Below are positions 1 through 8,894 of a stretch of DNA of 64,000 nucleotides, in pieces. Each line of letters starts with the position of its first letter. Position 1 is the stretch's first letter. Made by a program: the position numbers and the translations under genes. The DNA is from Candidatus Sericytochromatia bacterium. GTDB taxonomy: Bacteria; Cyanobacteriota; Sericytochromatia; UBA7694. The DNA is taken from positions 37,131 to 101,130 of the forward strand of contig CAXRDE010000005.1 in NCBI GenBank assembly GCA_964229355.1, written 5' to 3'. The notes under the pieces are model-generated. The model saw only the letters and a list, made by a program, of their open reading frames with translations. It was not told the origin of the DNA and ran no database searches.

Positions 1-5
1 CCGCC

Positions 6-671
6 ATGCAGCAAGCGTTTGCGCAATATTTTGCCAAACTCAAAGCCCAGAAATGGGAAGGCATTGTAGCCTTTGATCGCCTGCAAAACCAAAAAATATA
101 TATGACACCGCGCTTTGACAAACTGCAGGCAGAGGCCAAAAAGCGCATCCTTGGCCTACTGTTGCTCGATTATGGCGAATACGTACAATTGCTGCCCCTT
201 CTGCCCGAGGGTGACCGCCGCACGCTGCAGGGCAGCATGTTACCCTATACCGTGTATGCCGCCGATGGTCGAGTGTTGTCAGCGGCGTATAACCCCTGCA
301 ATCGCTTAACCACGCTTACCGAATACGAGCGCTCCCGTCTGCCGTTTCTCGGCATCAATATTCAACGGGTGCAACGCTTTCCGATGGGAGCTGCTCTGCA
401 AGCCCGCACCAAAAAACTGTTTTGGAGCATTTTGGGCTATGAACAAGCCGGAGACTACTGGATAGAATGGGTCCCGGAAAAAGGCTTCTTTGAAATTGAC
501 GTGCCCTCGCGCAATCACAACCAGTACCTCGAAACCTTTTGGGAAAGCATGCCCACAGCCTACCGCTACCTGGTGGTGGATCGCGGCACCCCCACCTACT
601 TTTATTACCGGGGCAAAAAATCCCCCATTCAGAATACCTTTACCGATCCCGAGTTGGAGCCTGCCTCATGA
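6..671 (+). CDS. hypothetical protein (reading frame is open to the window edge, so possibly 5'-partial)
   Basis: Long ORF of 221 aa with no recognisable motif. Its stop overlaps the start of the next gene in an ATGA (668-671). Confidence 0.45.
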   Translation: MQQAFAQYFAKLKAQKWEGIVAFDRLQNQKIYMTPRFDKLQAEAKKRILGLLLLDYGEYVQLLPLLPEGDRRTLQGSMLPYTVYAADGRVLSAAYNPCNRLTTLTEYERSRLPFLGINIQRVQRFPMGAALQARTKKLFWSILGYEQAGDYWIEWVPEKGFFEIDVPSRNHNQYLETFWESMPTAYRYLVVDRGTPTYFYYRGKKSPIQNTFTDPELEPAS

Positions 672-1474
672 GTGCTTTATTGCATTATTTACATCTGCCT
701 GCCCAAACCCCTGAAAACCGGCCACCCCTGGTGTTTTTACATGGTCTCTTTGGCTATGGCCGCAATTGGCGTACCATCGCCCGCGCTTTTGAGCCAACAC
801 ATACGGTGGTTCTTCCCGATCTGCGTAATCACGGGCAATCTTTTCATGACCCGGATCTGAGTTTGCAAGCCATGGCGCAAGATCTGGAGCGGCTGCGGGC
901 CCATCTGGGCTGGCATCAATTTAGCCTGGTAGGCCACTCTCTGGGGGGCAAAGTGGCCATGCAGTACGCCCATGATTTTGGACTGAGCCTGTCTCACCTG
1001 TTTGTGCTGGATATTGCTCCCAAAAGCTACCCCTTAACTGAGCACCGTCAGCTGATCACCGCCATGCAAAGCCTGGACTTGCCCGCCATCCAACAGCGCA
1101 GCGACGCAGAGCAGGCCCTAAAAACCGTCATTCCCAACCCCGCCTTGCGCCAGTTTCTACTGTCAAACCTCAGGCAGCACAACGGTCAATGGGCCTGGCA
1201 AATGAACCTCGAAGCTTTTGCCCAGCGCATCGACACCCTGCAAACGGCTCCCCAGGCGACTCAGCCCTTTACCCGTTGCCCCGTGCATTTTTTAGGGGGC
1301 GCAAAGGCTGACTATATCACCGAGGCAGACAGGGCTTTGATTCACGCCCAGTTTCCCGAGGCGCACATCGATTGGCTGGCCCATGCGGGCCACTGGCTCC
1401 ATGCAGAGCAGCCCGAAGCGCTCATTGCGTTTTTAAGAGCCAGATGTCACAATACAAAGAGAGAACACAGTTGA
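668..1474 (+). CDS. alpha/beta-fold hydrolase (esterase YbfF-like)
   Basis: Nucleophile elbow GHSLGG and an LVFLHGLFG oxyanion region. Start chosen at the ATG at 668 rather than the ORF-track start at 539, which reads through the upstream gene. ATGA coupling with the preceding ORF. Confidence 0.75.
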   Translation: MSALLHYLHLPAQTPENRPPLVFLHGLFGYGRNWRTIARAFEPTHTVVLPDLRNHGQSFHDPDLSLQAMAQDLERLRAHLGWHQFSLVGHSLGGKVAMQYAHDFGLSLSHLFVLDIAPKSYPLTEHRQLITAMQSLDLPAIQQRSDAEQALKTVIPNPALRQFLLSNLRQHNGQWAWQMNLEAFAQRIDTLQTAPQATQPFTRCPVHFLGGAKADYITEADRALIHAQFPEAHIDWLAHAGHWLHAEQPEALIAFLRARCHNTKREHS

Positions 1475-1486
1475 GGACAGGATAAC

Positions 1487-2689
1487 TTGGCTCGAAAACC
1501 AAAAAACCGCAGCCCCTTTGGACAATTGCTGTGGCAACAACGCAAACAACATAAAATGACCATGCGCACCCTGGCCAATACCGTCGGGGTTTCAGAGTCA
1601 TATATTTCGCTTTTAGAGTCCGGCGATCGCCAGCAGCCCGCACGCGAGCTGGTGCTTAAACTGGCCCACGCCTTAGGAGCACGCAGCTCAAATCAGCTGG
1701 CGGACCAATTTTTACTGGCCGCGGGTTATTACCCTGCCGATAAACAAATGTACGAGCACCACGGTGATACCGTGCAGAGCTTTTTAGATACCTTACACAA
1801 AGACCCCACCAATTTTCAGGCTTATAGCGCCCTGATTTTTGCCTACATTAAACTGGGCAAAAGCGACGAGGCCCGTCACATGATTCAAGAGGGCTTAGGA
1901 CGTTTTGAAAACAGCAATCAACTGCAATCTTTATTGGCGAGCTTAGAGCTGGCCAAACAGAATTTTGACAAAGCCATTGAGCTACAACAGTTCGCTCTGA
2001 AGCAGCAACAGCAAGAACAACCTCACGAAGCCTTAAGCAGTGAAGAAAGCCGCCGATTTCAGCTCAACCTGGGTATTATGCACTTTTTAAGAGGCTTGCA
2101 TTATCAGGAGCTTTGGTTACAATCTGCCGAGCCTGGGCGTGCTGTTGCTGCCCAGGCAGACTATGCCACCGCCAAGGCCTTATTAAAAGCGCTGCTTGAT
2201 ACCCAGGCTGATGCCTACATCTTAGACGAATACGCACGCATTTGCTTCAACCAGGGCTTTGTGGGGGGTAAAACGCCTGGAGATAGCCAGCGTTACTGGA
2301 AAGAGTGCAGCGAAAGTTTTGAAGCCGTCTTACGCACCCCTGACAAATTTACCCTGGGACGACAAATTCTGATGGAAGCCTGCGTGTTTCTGGCCATGGC
2401 TTACACCCATCAGGGACGCTTTGAAACCGCTGAGGTACTGATTCATAGCTTAGAAGTCTCCATTAATCCGCCCACAGCCCTTCTTTACTACCTCAAGGCC
2501 TGCTACCACAGTTTAAAGGGCCAGGCTACCCAACAAAGCAGCGAAGCCCCGCTAGCCCTTGAGGCCTTAGAAACCGTACACCGTATCGATCCCCATTTCA
2601 CGCCCCAGGCTTTAACAGATCCTGATTTAGCCTGGTTGCGCCTAAACCACCTGTCACGTCTGGAGCGTTTGATTCATGAAAAACCTTAA
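1487..2689 (+). CDS. HTH (XRE-family) transcriptional regulator with C-terminal TPR-like region
   Basis: N-terminal FGQLLWQQRKQHKMTMRTLANTVGVSESYISLLESGDRQ is a Cro/C1-type HTH, followed by a long helical-repeat region. TTG start at 1487 is supported by alignment to the paralog at 40112..41302 (MPRRKAKGEGKTPFSLRLQALRK...). Confidence 0.7.
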   Translation: MARKPKNRSPFGQLLWQQRKQHKMTMRTLANTVGVSESYISLLESGDRQQPARELVLKLAHALGARSSNQLADQFLLAAGYYPADKQMYEHHGDTVQSFLDTLHKDPTNFQAYSALIFAYIKLGKSDEARHMIQEGLGRFENSNQLQSLLASLELAKQNFDKAIELQQFALKQQQQEQPHEALSSEESRRFQLNLGIMHFLRGLHYQELWLQSAEPGRAVAAQADYATAKALLKALLDTQADAYILDEYARICFNQGFVGGKTPGDSQRYWKECSESFEAVLRTPDKFTLGRQILMEACVFLAMAYTHQGRFETAEVLIHSLEVSINPPTALLYYLKACYHSLKGQATQQSSEAPLALEALETVHRIDPHFTPQALTDPDLAWLRLNHLSRLERLIHEKP

Positions 2690-3371
2690 ATTTTCTCTTT
2701 TGTCCATCGGAGTTTTAAGCTGCCTGTCCCTGAGCTTCCTGGGCAGCTGTGGTCGTACACTTCAAACGGGTCAGCCTGTGGCCAACGAAAGTTTTATGGC
2801 TTCACTGAACCCGATTTCCAAAGGTGAACAATTAAACCCGATTTCAAAAGGTGAACAACTCAACCCTGGCTCAAAAGGCGAACGCACCCTCTTTGGTCTG
2901 CTCACCTTGCTGGGCAGCAATCGTTACCTGCCAGACTACGGCATTCAGTTCTATTTAGATGGCCAACCCATACCCAGCGATTGGGTAGAGCTGCGCCAGG
3001 CCCAGGATAATCACCTGCGTTTTGAGGTGCGTAATCTACCCAACGCAGGCATTCATATGCTCTCAGCCCATTACCAGGGAGAACAGCTCGAAACCATGAT
3101 TCCGCCAGATGCCCAACGCCTTGATCTGGATCTGCACTCCAGCTTTGTGGTGGATGTGGTGCAATTTGCCCATGCCCACAATATTCGCCGTTTAGAAGCA
3201 TGGACTCCCGAACTGCTGCAAACCCTTACTGCCCACGAGGGGCTCAAGCAATTGCTTAACACCTTTGCACAAAACACCGGTCAGGCCACCCCACAGCAGC
3301 TGCACACCTGGATTCAGAATCCCCAAACTGAGCAGTCCGTCCGCGAAGCCCTCCAAAGCCTCGCCCCTTAA
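2676..3371 (+). CDS. lipoprotein with internal tandem peptide repeats
   Basis: Signal peptide with lipobox (LSFLGSC). LNPISKGEQ occurs twice and LNPGSKGE once. Overlaps the regulator gene by 14 bp. Confidence 0.6.
   Translation: MKNLKFSLLSIGVLSCLSLSFLGSCGRTLQTGQPVANESFMASLNPISKGEQLNPISKGEQLNPGSKGERTLFGLLTLLGSNRYLPDYGIQFYLDGQPIPSDWVELRQAQDNHLRFEVRNLPNAGIHMLSAHYQGEQLETMIPPDAQRLDLDLHSSFVVDVVQFAHAHNIRRLEAWTPELLQTLTAHEGLKQLLNTFAQNTGQATPQQLHTWIQNPQTEQSVREALQSLAP
2806..2883 (+). repeat. 27-bp tandem coding repeat (about 2.7 copies) inside the lipoprotein gene
   Basis: Direct repeats ctgaacccgatttccaaaggtgaacaa / ttaaacccgatttcaaaaggtgaacaa / ctcaaccctggctcaaaaggcgaa visible in the sequence. Confidence 0.7.
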
Positions 3372-4424
3372 ATGGATTTCCCTCAGCTCACAGGTTATAC
3401 CTTTCAAAGCGTGCTGGGTCAGGGCGGTTTTGGCACCACTTACCTGGCGCTGCATGAAGCCAGTCAAAGCCGCTGCGTAATTAAGGCGCTGTCTTTTGAG
3501 CACCTCAAAGACTGGAAAACCGTCGAACTCTTTGAGCGCGAGGCCCACACCCTACGCCAGCTGCGCCACGGGCGTATCCCCAGGCATCGCGATTTTATTC
3601 AGGACACCCACAGTGAGCCCGCGCAGTTTTATTTGGTGCAGGATTACGCGCCTGGGCAAGATCTGGCCACGCGTGTAGCACAGGGCCAGCGCTTTCAAGA
3701 AGAAGATATTGTAAACATCGCCTTGCAAATCACAGACATTTTAATCTATCTGCAGGCCCAGCATCCGCCACTCATTCACCGCGATATCAAACCCAGCAAC
3801 CTCATGTTGGAAGGTGATCAGGTGTACCTGATCGATTTTGGGGCCGTGACCCGCACCGCACCAGGCGAACGGGGCAGCACCATGGTAGGCAGTCTGGGCT
3901 ATATGGCTCCTGAGCAGTTTCATGGTCAGGCCTACGCCGCTACAGATATTTATGGCCTGGGCGTTAGCCTGATTTTTTTGATGACCCGTAAAGAACCGAG
4001 TGAACTGAGTTCAGGCGGCTTTCAACTGAAGTTTAAACATTTGCTGCACTGCTCACGGGGTCTGGCAGAAGTCCTTGAAAAAATGGTGGCTCCGCACCAC
4101 AGCGAGCGGTACCCCAACGCCAAAGCCCTACATCAGGACCTGCTGTTGCTCCAACAGGGTAAAGCCCCCGGCATGTTAGCCATCAAAGCCCCGACGAGCG
4201 AGACAGCGGCTCCCGCTTCAGGTGGCAACACAAAGCATTCCATTGTCTTGTGGGGTATTATAGCCCTGCTGATCGCTTTTATCGGGGTCATGGCCCTGGG
4301 ACGATCAGAGCGGGCAGAAAGACAGCGGTTCAACGCCATCCGCAATAAAATAGAAAAAGCCTACGAAGAAACCTATCGCGCTGAATACGGCGATCCGCCC
4401 CGTCCAGTCAAGATTCCGGAATAA
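3372..4424 (+). CDS. serine/threonine protein kinase with C-terminal transmembrane helix
   Basis: Gly-rich loop GQGGFGTTY, VIK lysine, catalytic HRDIKPSNLML, DFG and APE motifs, and a hydrophobic segment IVLWGIIALLIAFIGVMAL. Begins 1 nt after the lipoprotein stop. Confidence 0.85.
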   Translation: MDFPQLTGYTFQSVLGQGGFGTTYLALHEASQSRCVIKALSFEHLKDWKTVELFEREAHTLRQLRHGRIPRHRDFIQDTHSEPAQFYLVQDYAPGQDLATRVAQGQRFQEEDIVNIALQITDILIYLQAQHPPLIHRDIKPSNLMLEGDQVYLIDFGAVTRTAPGERGSTMVGSLGYMAPEQFHGQAYAATDIYGLGVSLIFLMTRKEPSELSSGGFQLKFKHLLHCSRGLAEVLEKMVAPHHSERYPNAKALHQDLLLLQQGKAPGMLAIKAPTSETAAPASGGNTKHSIVLWGIIALLIAFIGVMALGRSERAERQRFNAIRNKIEKAYEETYRAEYGDPPRPVKIPE

Positions 4425-4427
4425 AGC

Positions 4428-4694
4428 TCAACGGCGTTTGTTGGGGGAGCAAGCCCGGACATCGAAAGCATTGTAGGGTGCCCGTTGACGATGTTTGGTC
4501 TTTCTGCCGCTAACCCGAGCGCGCCACATGCGAAAGCTAGAAGCTTTCATTTCACGGCGCATCAGACGAATCACCTCTTTTTCAGAGAGCCCAAAGAGAG
4601 ATGCAATGGCTTCAAAAGGGGTGCGATCTTCCCAGGCCATTTCAATAATACGCGATATATCAACCGCAGTGAGTTCAGGGTTTGTCTTTTGCAT
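4428..4694 (-). CDS. TIGR03643/DUF2805 family small protein
   Basis: ISRIIEMAWEDRTPFEAI...RLMRREMK...FRMWRARVSGRKTKHR matches the conserved DUF2805 core. Confidence 0.65.
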   Translation of the reverse strand: MQKTNPELTAVDISRIIEMAWEDRTPFEAIASLFGLSEKEVIRLMRREMKASSFRMWRARVSGRKTKHRQRAPYNAFDVRACSPNKRR

Positions 4695-4738
4695 GATGTT
4701 ATTTTGGCGTATGATAAAACAAAAAAGGAAGTGCTTTC

Positions 4739-5155
4739 ATGGCCTATCAGACCCCATCTTCTGCTGACATCAAAACCCTTTTACAACAGACCCGCAGCAT
4801 TGCGGTGGTGGGCCTGTCGGATAAACCTTTTCGCGCCTCGTATGGGGTGAGTCAATACATGCAACAGCAGGGCTACACCCTTTATGGCGTTAACCCCATG
4901 CTCAGCGAAGCCCTCGGACAGCCCGCTTACCCCGATTTAACCGCTTTGCCCGTGACCGTGGATATGGTCAACGTCTTTCGGCGTTCAGAAGAGGTGCCGG
5001 CGATTGTGGATGCCGCCATTGCTCACGGTGCCAAAGCCCTTTGGCTGCAGTTGGGCGTTATTGATGAAGCCGCTGCTGAGAAAGCCCAGGCAGCCGGATT
5101 AACGGTGGTCATGGACCGATGCCTAATGGTGGTGCATCGTCAGCTCTGCGGCTAA
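4739..5155 (+). CDS. CoA-binding domain protein (YccU/YneT-like)
   Basis: SIAVVGLSDKPFRASYGV...GYTLYGVNP...VDMVNVFRRSE...LWLQLGV is the CoA-binding (Rossmann-like) family pattern. Confidence 0.7.
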   Translation: MAYQTPSSADIKTLLQQTRSIAVVGLSDKPFRASYGVSQYMQQQGYTLYGVNPMLSEALGQPAYPDLTALPVTVDMVNVFRRSEEVPAIVDAAIAHGAKALWLQLGVIDEAAAEKAQAAGLTVVMDRCLMVVHRQLCG

Positions 5156-5196
5156 GCTTGTTCCTGACGTATGATGAGCAAAAAAGGAAAAAAAAC

Positions 5197-6162
5197 ATGG
5201 GATTATTAGTAGACGGCAAATGGAAAGATCAATGGTACGACACCAGCGAAAGCGGCGGGCGTTTTCAACGCAGTGAAGCCGCCTTTCGCCACTGGCTGAC
5301 CCCCAACGGGGAACCTGGCCCGGAGGGACAAAAAGGCTTTCCAGCCGCCAAAGATCGCTATCACCTCTATGTCTCTTACGCCTGCCCCTGGGCTCACCGC
5401 ACCTTAATTTTTCGGGCCCTCAAAGATCTGACGGAACTGATTCCGGTCTCCGTGGTGCACCCCGAAATGCTTGAGAATGGCTGGCACTTTGGCAACGATT
5501 TTGACGGTGCCACCGGCGACCCGCTGTATAACTTTGACTATGCGTATCAGCTGTATACCCACGCCCAGGCGGACTACTCAGGACGGGTGACCGTGCCCAT
5601 TCTCTGGGATACCCAGGAAGAAACCCTGGTCTCCAATGAGTCCTCTGAAATCATCCGCATGTTCAACACCGCCTTCAATGACCTCACCGGCAACACCCTG
5701 GACTTTTACCCTGAAGCCCTGCGGGAAGACATTCACGCCGTCAACGAGCGGGTGTACCACACCCTCAATAACGGGGTTTACAAAGCCGGGTTTGCCACCA
5801 CCCAGAGCGCTTATGAAGAGGCCGTTCACCCCCTGTTTGACACCCTGGACTGGCTCGAAGAAAAACTCTCACAAGAGGGGCCGTATCTGTTGGGCGAACA
5901 CCTGACCGAAGCGGACTGGCGTTTGTTTACCACCCTGATTCGTTTTGATCCCGTGTATGTGGGTCACTTTAAATGCAACCTGCGCCGCCTGCAAGACTAC
6001 CCCCATTTGTCTGCTTACACCCAGCGCCTGTACGAGCACCCCGGTGTGGCGGACACCGTGCACTTTGACCACATTAAGCAGCACTACTATTACTCACATC
6101 CCACCATCAACCCCCATCGGATTGTTCCCGTGGGACCGGCCACAGGAGTCGGCCTTGCTTAA
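5197..6162 (+). CDS. Xi-class glutathione transferase / glutathionyl-hydroquinone reductase (YqjG/ECM4-like)
   Basis: Catalytic CPWAHR motif; the N-terminus DGKWKDQWYD...GRFQRSEAAFR is typical of this class. RBS aaggaa upstream of the ATG at 5197; the ORF-track start at 5119 is rejected. Confidence 0.8.
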   Translation: MGLLVDGKWKDQWYDTSESGGRFQRSEAAFRHWLTPNGEPGPEGQKGFPAAKDRYHLYVSYACPWAHRTLIFRALKDLTELIPVSVVHPEMLENGWHFGNDFDGATGDPLYNFDYAYQLYTHAQADYSGRVTVPILWDTQEETLVSNESSEIIRMFNTAFNDLTGNTLDFYPEALREDIHAVNERVYHTLNNGVYKAGFATTQSAYEEAVHPLFDTLDWLEEKLSQEGPYLLGEHLTEADWRLFTTLIRFDPVYVGHFKCNLRRLQDYPHLSAYTQRLYEHPGVADTVHFDHIKQHYYYSHPTINPHRIVPVGPATGVGLA

Positions 6163-6844
6163 AGGTTTACTTGCAACCCTCTGTCTCATCGGTCTGAGCG
6201 TTCAGGCCGATGTGCTGCCCGCACAGGCTGCGCCAGACCACACGGAACATGCAGAACATAGCGAACACGATCACCACGACGGCCCTGATGCCAAATCGCT
6301 CAAAGAACTGGCCATTGGTCAGGCGGTGCGTGCCAACGACATGGACGCCACCCGCCAGTTGGTGCGGGAGTGGTTGCGTTTAGGGGGAGATGCCAACACC
6401 ATGATTTTTATGGGCATTGTCTTGCATCACCCTGACTTTACCCGCTTGCTCATTGCCGAAGGTGCCAATCTCAATGGCACCGCTCTGGGCATGTACAAAG
6501 ACGTGCCTGCCTTACAGGTGGCCATTTTAGAAGAAGAAGAGGCCCTGGCTTTGATTCTGATCGAAGCGGGCGCAAACCTAAAACAGCGAGATGCAGAAGG
6601 CCATACCGCCCTGATGCGCGCGGCGGTGGCGGGGCAAGTCAAAGTGGTCGAAGCCCTGTTGGCTCGTCAGGCCGACGTATTGGCCGTCAACCAGGCGAAG
6701 CAAACAGCCACCCAGCTCATGATGCATAATTTAGCCAGAGCGCGTTTGTCTGAACGGCTCTACACCCAGTACCAACAAATTCTTAGCTTACTCGACGAAG
6801 CCGAAATTCAAGCCAAAAAAAGCAAAAAGGAACAACACCCATGA
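6155..6844 (+). CDS. secreted ankyrin-repeat protein
   Basis: Signal-like LLKGLLATLCLIGLSVQA, then ankyrin-type repeats (GANLNGTALGMY..., GANLKQRDAEGHTALMRAAVAGQVKVVEALL). Start is uncertain (TTG at 6155); the ORF-track start at 5945 lies inside the GST gene. Confidence 0.55.
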   Translation: MLKGLLATLCLIGLSVQADVLPAQAAPDHTEHAEHSEHDHHDGPDAKSLKELAIGQAVRANDMDATRQLVREWLRLGGDANTMIFMGIVLHHPDFTRLLIAEGANLNGTALGMYKDVPALQVAILEEEEALALILIEAGANLKQRDAEGHTALMRAAVAGQVKVVEALLARQADVLAVNQAKQTATQLMMHNLARARLSERLYTQYQQILSLLDEAEIQAKKSKKEQHP

Positions 6845-7326
6845 CCCAAAGTACCCTCACCCAACCCGAAGTGGGCCAAAAAGCCCCTGACTTTACCCTG
6901 CCTGACCAGAACGGAAACCCGGTCAGCCTGAGCGATTTTCAGGGCAAGCAAACGGTGGTGGTGTATTTTTATCCCAAAGCCATGACCCCCGGCTGCACCA
7001 CCCAGGCCTGCAGTATTCGCGATCACCACACCCGCTATACAGACCAGGACATCACGGTACTGGCCTTAAGTCCAGACCCCGTCAGTCGCTTAAAAAAGTT
7101 TGAAGACAAACACGATCTCAACTTCACCCTGCTCTCTGACGAAGACCACGCCGTGGCCGACGCTTACGGCGTCTGGGGACTCAAAAAGTTTATGGGCCGT
7201 GAGTACGACGGCATTCACCGCATGACCTTTATTATTGGCAAAGACGGCCGCATCCAACACGTCATGAAAAAAGTCAAAACCAAAACCCACCACGAGGACG
7301 TGTTGGACTGGATCGCCCAGCACTAG
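6841..7326 (+). CDS. bcp: thiol peroxidase Bcp (peroxiredoxin Q)
   Basis: VVVYFYPKAMTPGCTTQAC peroxidatic Cys motif, 161 aa. ATGA overlap with the upstream gene. Confidence 0.85.
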   Translation: MTQSTLTQPEVGQKAPDFTLPDQNGNPVSLSDFQGKQTVVVYFYPKAMTPGCTTQACSIRDHHTRYTDQDITVLALSPDPVSRLKKFEDKHDLNFTLLSDEDHAVADAYGVWGLKKFMGREYDGIHRMTFIIGKDGRIQHVMKKVKTKTHHEDVLDWIAQH

Positions 7327-7327
7327 G

Positions 7328-8221
7328 ATGGCCTATTACCATTTACCTGAAAACTTTCATTTAGAAAGCTATGCCCAGGGGCTCAAAGCCCCTTCGGCCC
7401 AGGTGTCCCTGCGCACGGTCAGTAAAACCTTTAAAAACAAGGAACGCTACACCGTGCCCTGCTTTGTCTTGTTTATTCCCTTGCGGGGACAAAAGATTTT
7501 TTATCAGGACGGGCAGGAATTTCCGGTGGAAGCCGGTCAATTGCTGCTCATTCGTGCCGGAGCCCGTCTTTCTTGCGACCTGAGTCGTTTAGACGACGGG
7601 CTTTTTGAAGCCCTGATGTTTCAGATGCATGAGGACTTTATTGCAGAGGTATTGCACAAACATGCTCAGGCTCAGCAGCCATCGGCTTTGCAGGCCAGCA
7701 CGCCCCAGGACCTGTGTCTTCTGGGCGTCACTCCCCTGCTCAAAAGCTGTATCGAATCCCTGTTGCCCTTTTTTGACCCCACAGTAACCGGCCCCACCTC
7801 ACTGATTCAACTCAAAATGGAAGAACTTTTGCTGCATCTTTTGCATCTGGATGCGAATGACACCGCCCGTGTACACGCCCTGCTTGCAGAAGCTCAGGCT
7901 CCAGAACGGGCCGCTTACTTACGTCTCATTCAACAGGCTCTGGAATCCCCCATGGGCATTGAACAGATGGCACGGGCCATGCATCAAAGCCCCACCACCT
8001 TCAAAAAAAATTTCAAGCAATACCTGGGGCTCCCCCCCGCCCAGTATCTGCAAGACAAACGTTTAGAAGAAGCCCATTACTTGCTGCGAAGCACAGACCA
8101 AAACATTACCGAAATTGGCTTACAATGTGGCTTTGAAAGCCCGTCTCACTTCATACAGGTGTTCAAGCGCAAATACCACATGACCCCAGGACAACTGAAA
8201 AAGTCCGATTTGAACACCTGA
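7328..8221 (+). CDS. AraC-family transcriptional regulator
   Basis: C-terminal AraC HTH (ITEIGLQCGFESPSHFIQVFKRKYHMTPGQ) and an N-terminal cupin-like sensing domain. Confidence 0.8.
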   Translation: MAYYHLPENFHLESYAQGLKAPSAQVSLRTVSKTFKNKERYTVPCFVLFIPLRGQKIFYQDGQEFPVEAGQLLLIRAGARLSCDLSRLDDGLFEALMFQMHEDFIAEVLHKHAQAQQPSALQASTPQDLCLLGVTPLLKSCIESLLPFFDPTVTGPTSLIQLKMEELLLHLLHLDANDTARVHALLAEAQAPERAAYLRLIQQALESPMGIEQMARAMHQSPTTFKKNFKQYLGLPPAQYLQDKRLEEAHYLLRSTDQNITEIGLQCGFESPSHFIQVFKRKYHMTPGQLKKSDLNT

Positions 8222-8297
8222 GCGTCTGATCGCGATAGATTTCAAAACCCTCGCCTGCTAAGCTAAATTTAGATTAAGCTTATAAAGGATTTTGTTT

Positions 8298-8561
8298 ATG
8301 TTACGCCCCCTTGTTCTTGCCACCCTGACGGCTATCGCCCTGAGTTCTTGCGGACGCGGCGCCGCTCCCATGCCCGGCACCCTTCAGTCTCAGGCCGCTT
8401 TGCCTCCCGGTTACAGCCCCAACCCCTGTGTGGGCACCTCGGCACTTATTCCCCCCGATCAGCTCCCCAGCAAACCCAGCCGTCCCTGTGGCTGCAAACA
8501 AAGTCTGGGTGCTCAGGCCTTTATTCCCCCCGATCAATTACCACAAAAACCAGGCTGCTAA
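8298..8561 (+). CDS. small Cys/Pro-rich lipoprotein with a repeated IPPDQLP motif
   Basis: Signal and lipobox LSSCGRG; the duplicated peptide LIPPDQLPSKP / FIPPDQLPQKP; several Cys. Confidence 0.5.
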   Translation: MLRPLVLATLTAIALSSCGRGAAPMPGTLQSQAALPPGYSPNPCVGTSALIPPDQLPSKPSRPCGCKQSLGAQAFIPPDQLPQKPGC

Positions 8562-8608
8562 GTCCATTAAACTTTGCAACCTGGCCTGTGTAGGTCTGTA
8601 AGCGCGCC

Positions 8609-8803
8609 TTAAATCTTTTTGACCGCTTTTTTCACCTGTCCTAGCGCCTCACCGGCCTGACGCTTCAGCTTTCCGCCCATGGCTTCAGCCTTGCCTTTCG
8701 CTTTTTCAGATTCGTCTCGGGTCATTTCACCCACCGCCTGGCGGACTTTGCCCTTAACCTGTGATTTTAGGCCTTCAGCCTGGAGTTTGTGTTCGGTTGC
8801 CAT
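8609..8803 (-). CDS. CsbD-family stress response protein
   Basis: Small Lys/Gly-rich protein (KGKVRQAVGEMTRDESEKAKGKAEAMGGKLKRQAGEALG) typical of CsbD. Confidence 0.65.
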   Translation of the reverse strand: MATEHKLQAEGLKSQVKGKVRQAVGEMTRDESEKAKGKAEAMGGKLKRQAGEALGQVKKAVKKI

Positions 8804-8894
8804 TAAAAGCACCTCTTTCTGTTTGTGTTGTTTTTAGCCTAACAGGGAACAAACAACTCAAGGAAGAGGGCTTAACGCAGCTTAAATAGCACTT

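Noticed and set aside
539-1474. ORF-track start at 539 for the alpha/beta hydrolase
   Set aside because: The N-terminal 43 aa overlap the upstream gene in another frame and are low-complexity (Gly/Pro/His/Leu-rich). The ATG at 668 forms an ATGA with the upstream stop, and the hydrolase fold begins right after it.
5945-6844. Long ORF from 5945 overlapping the GST gene
   Set aside because: The first 70 codons lie out of frame inside the well-supported Xi-class GST gene. The signal peptide of the ankyrin protein starts only after the GST stop, so a TTG at 6155 was preferred.
8301-8593. Antisense and alternative-frame ORFs across the small lipoprotein gene
   Set aside because: These are Gly/Arg/Ala-rich translations typical of out-of-frame reading of GC-rich coding sequence, with no start context.
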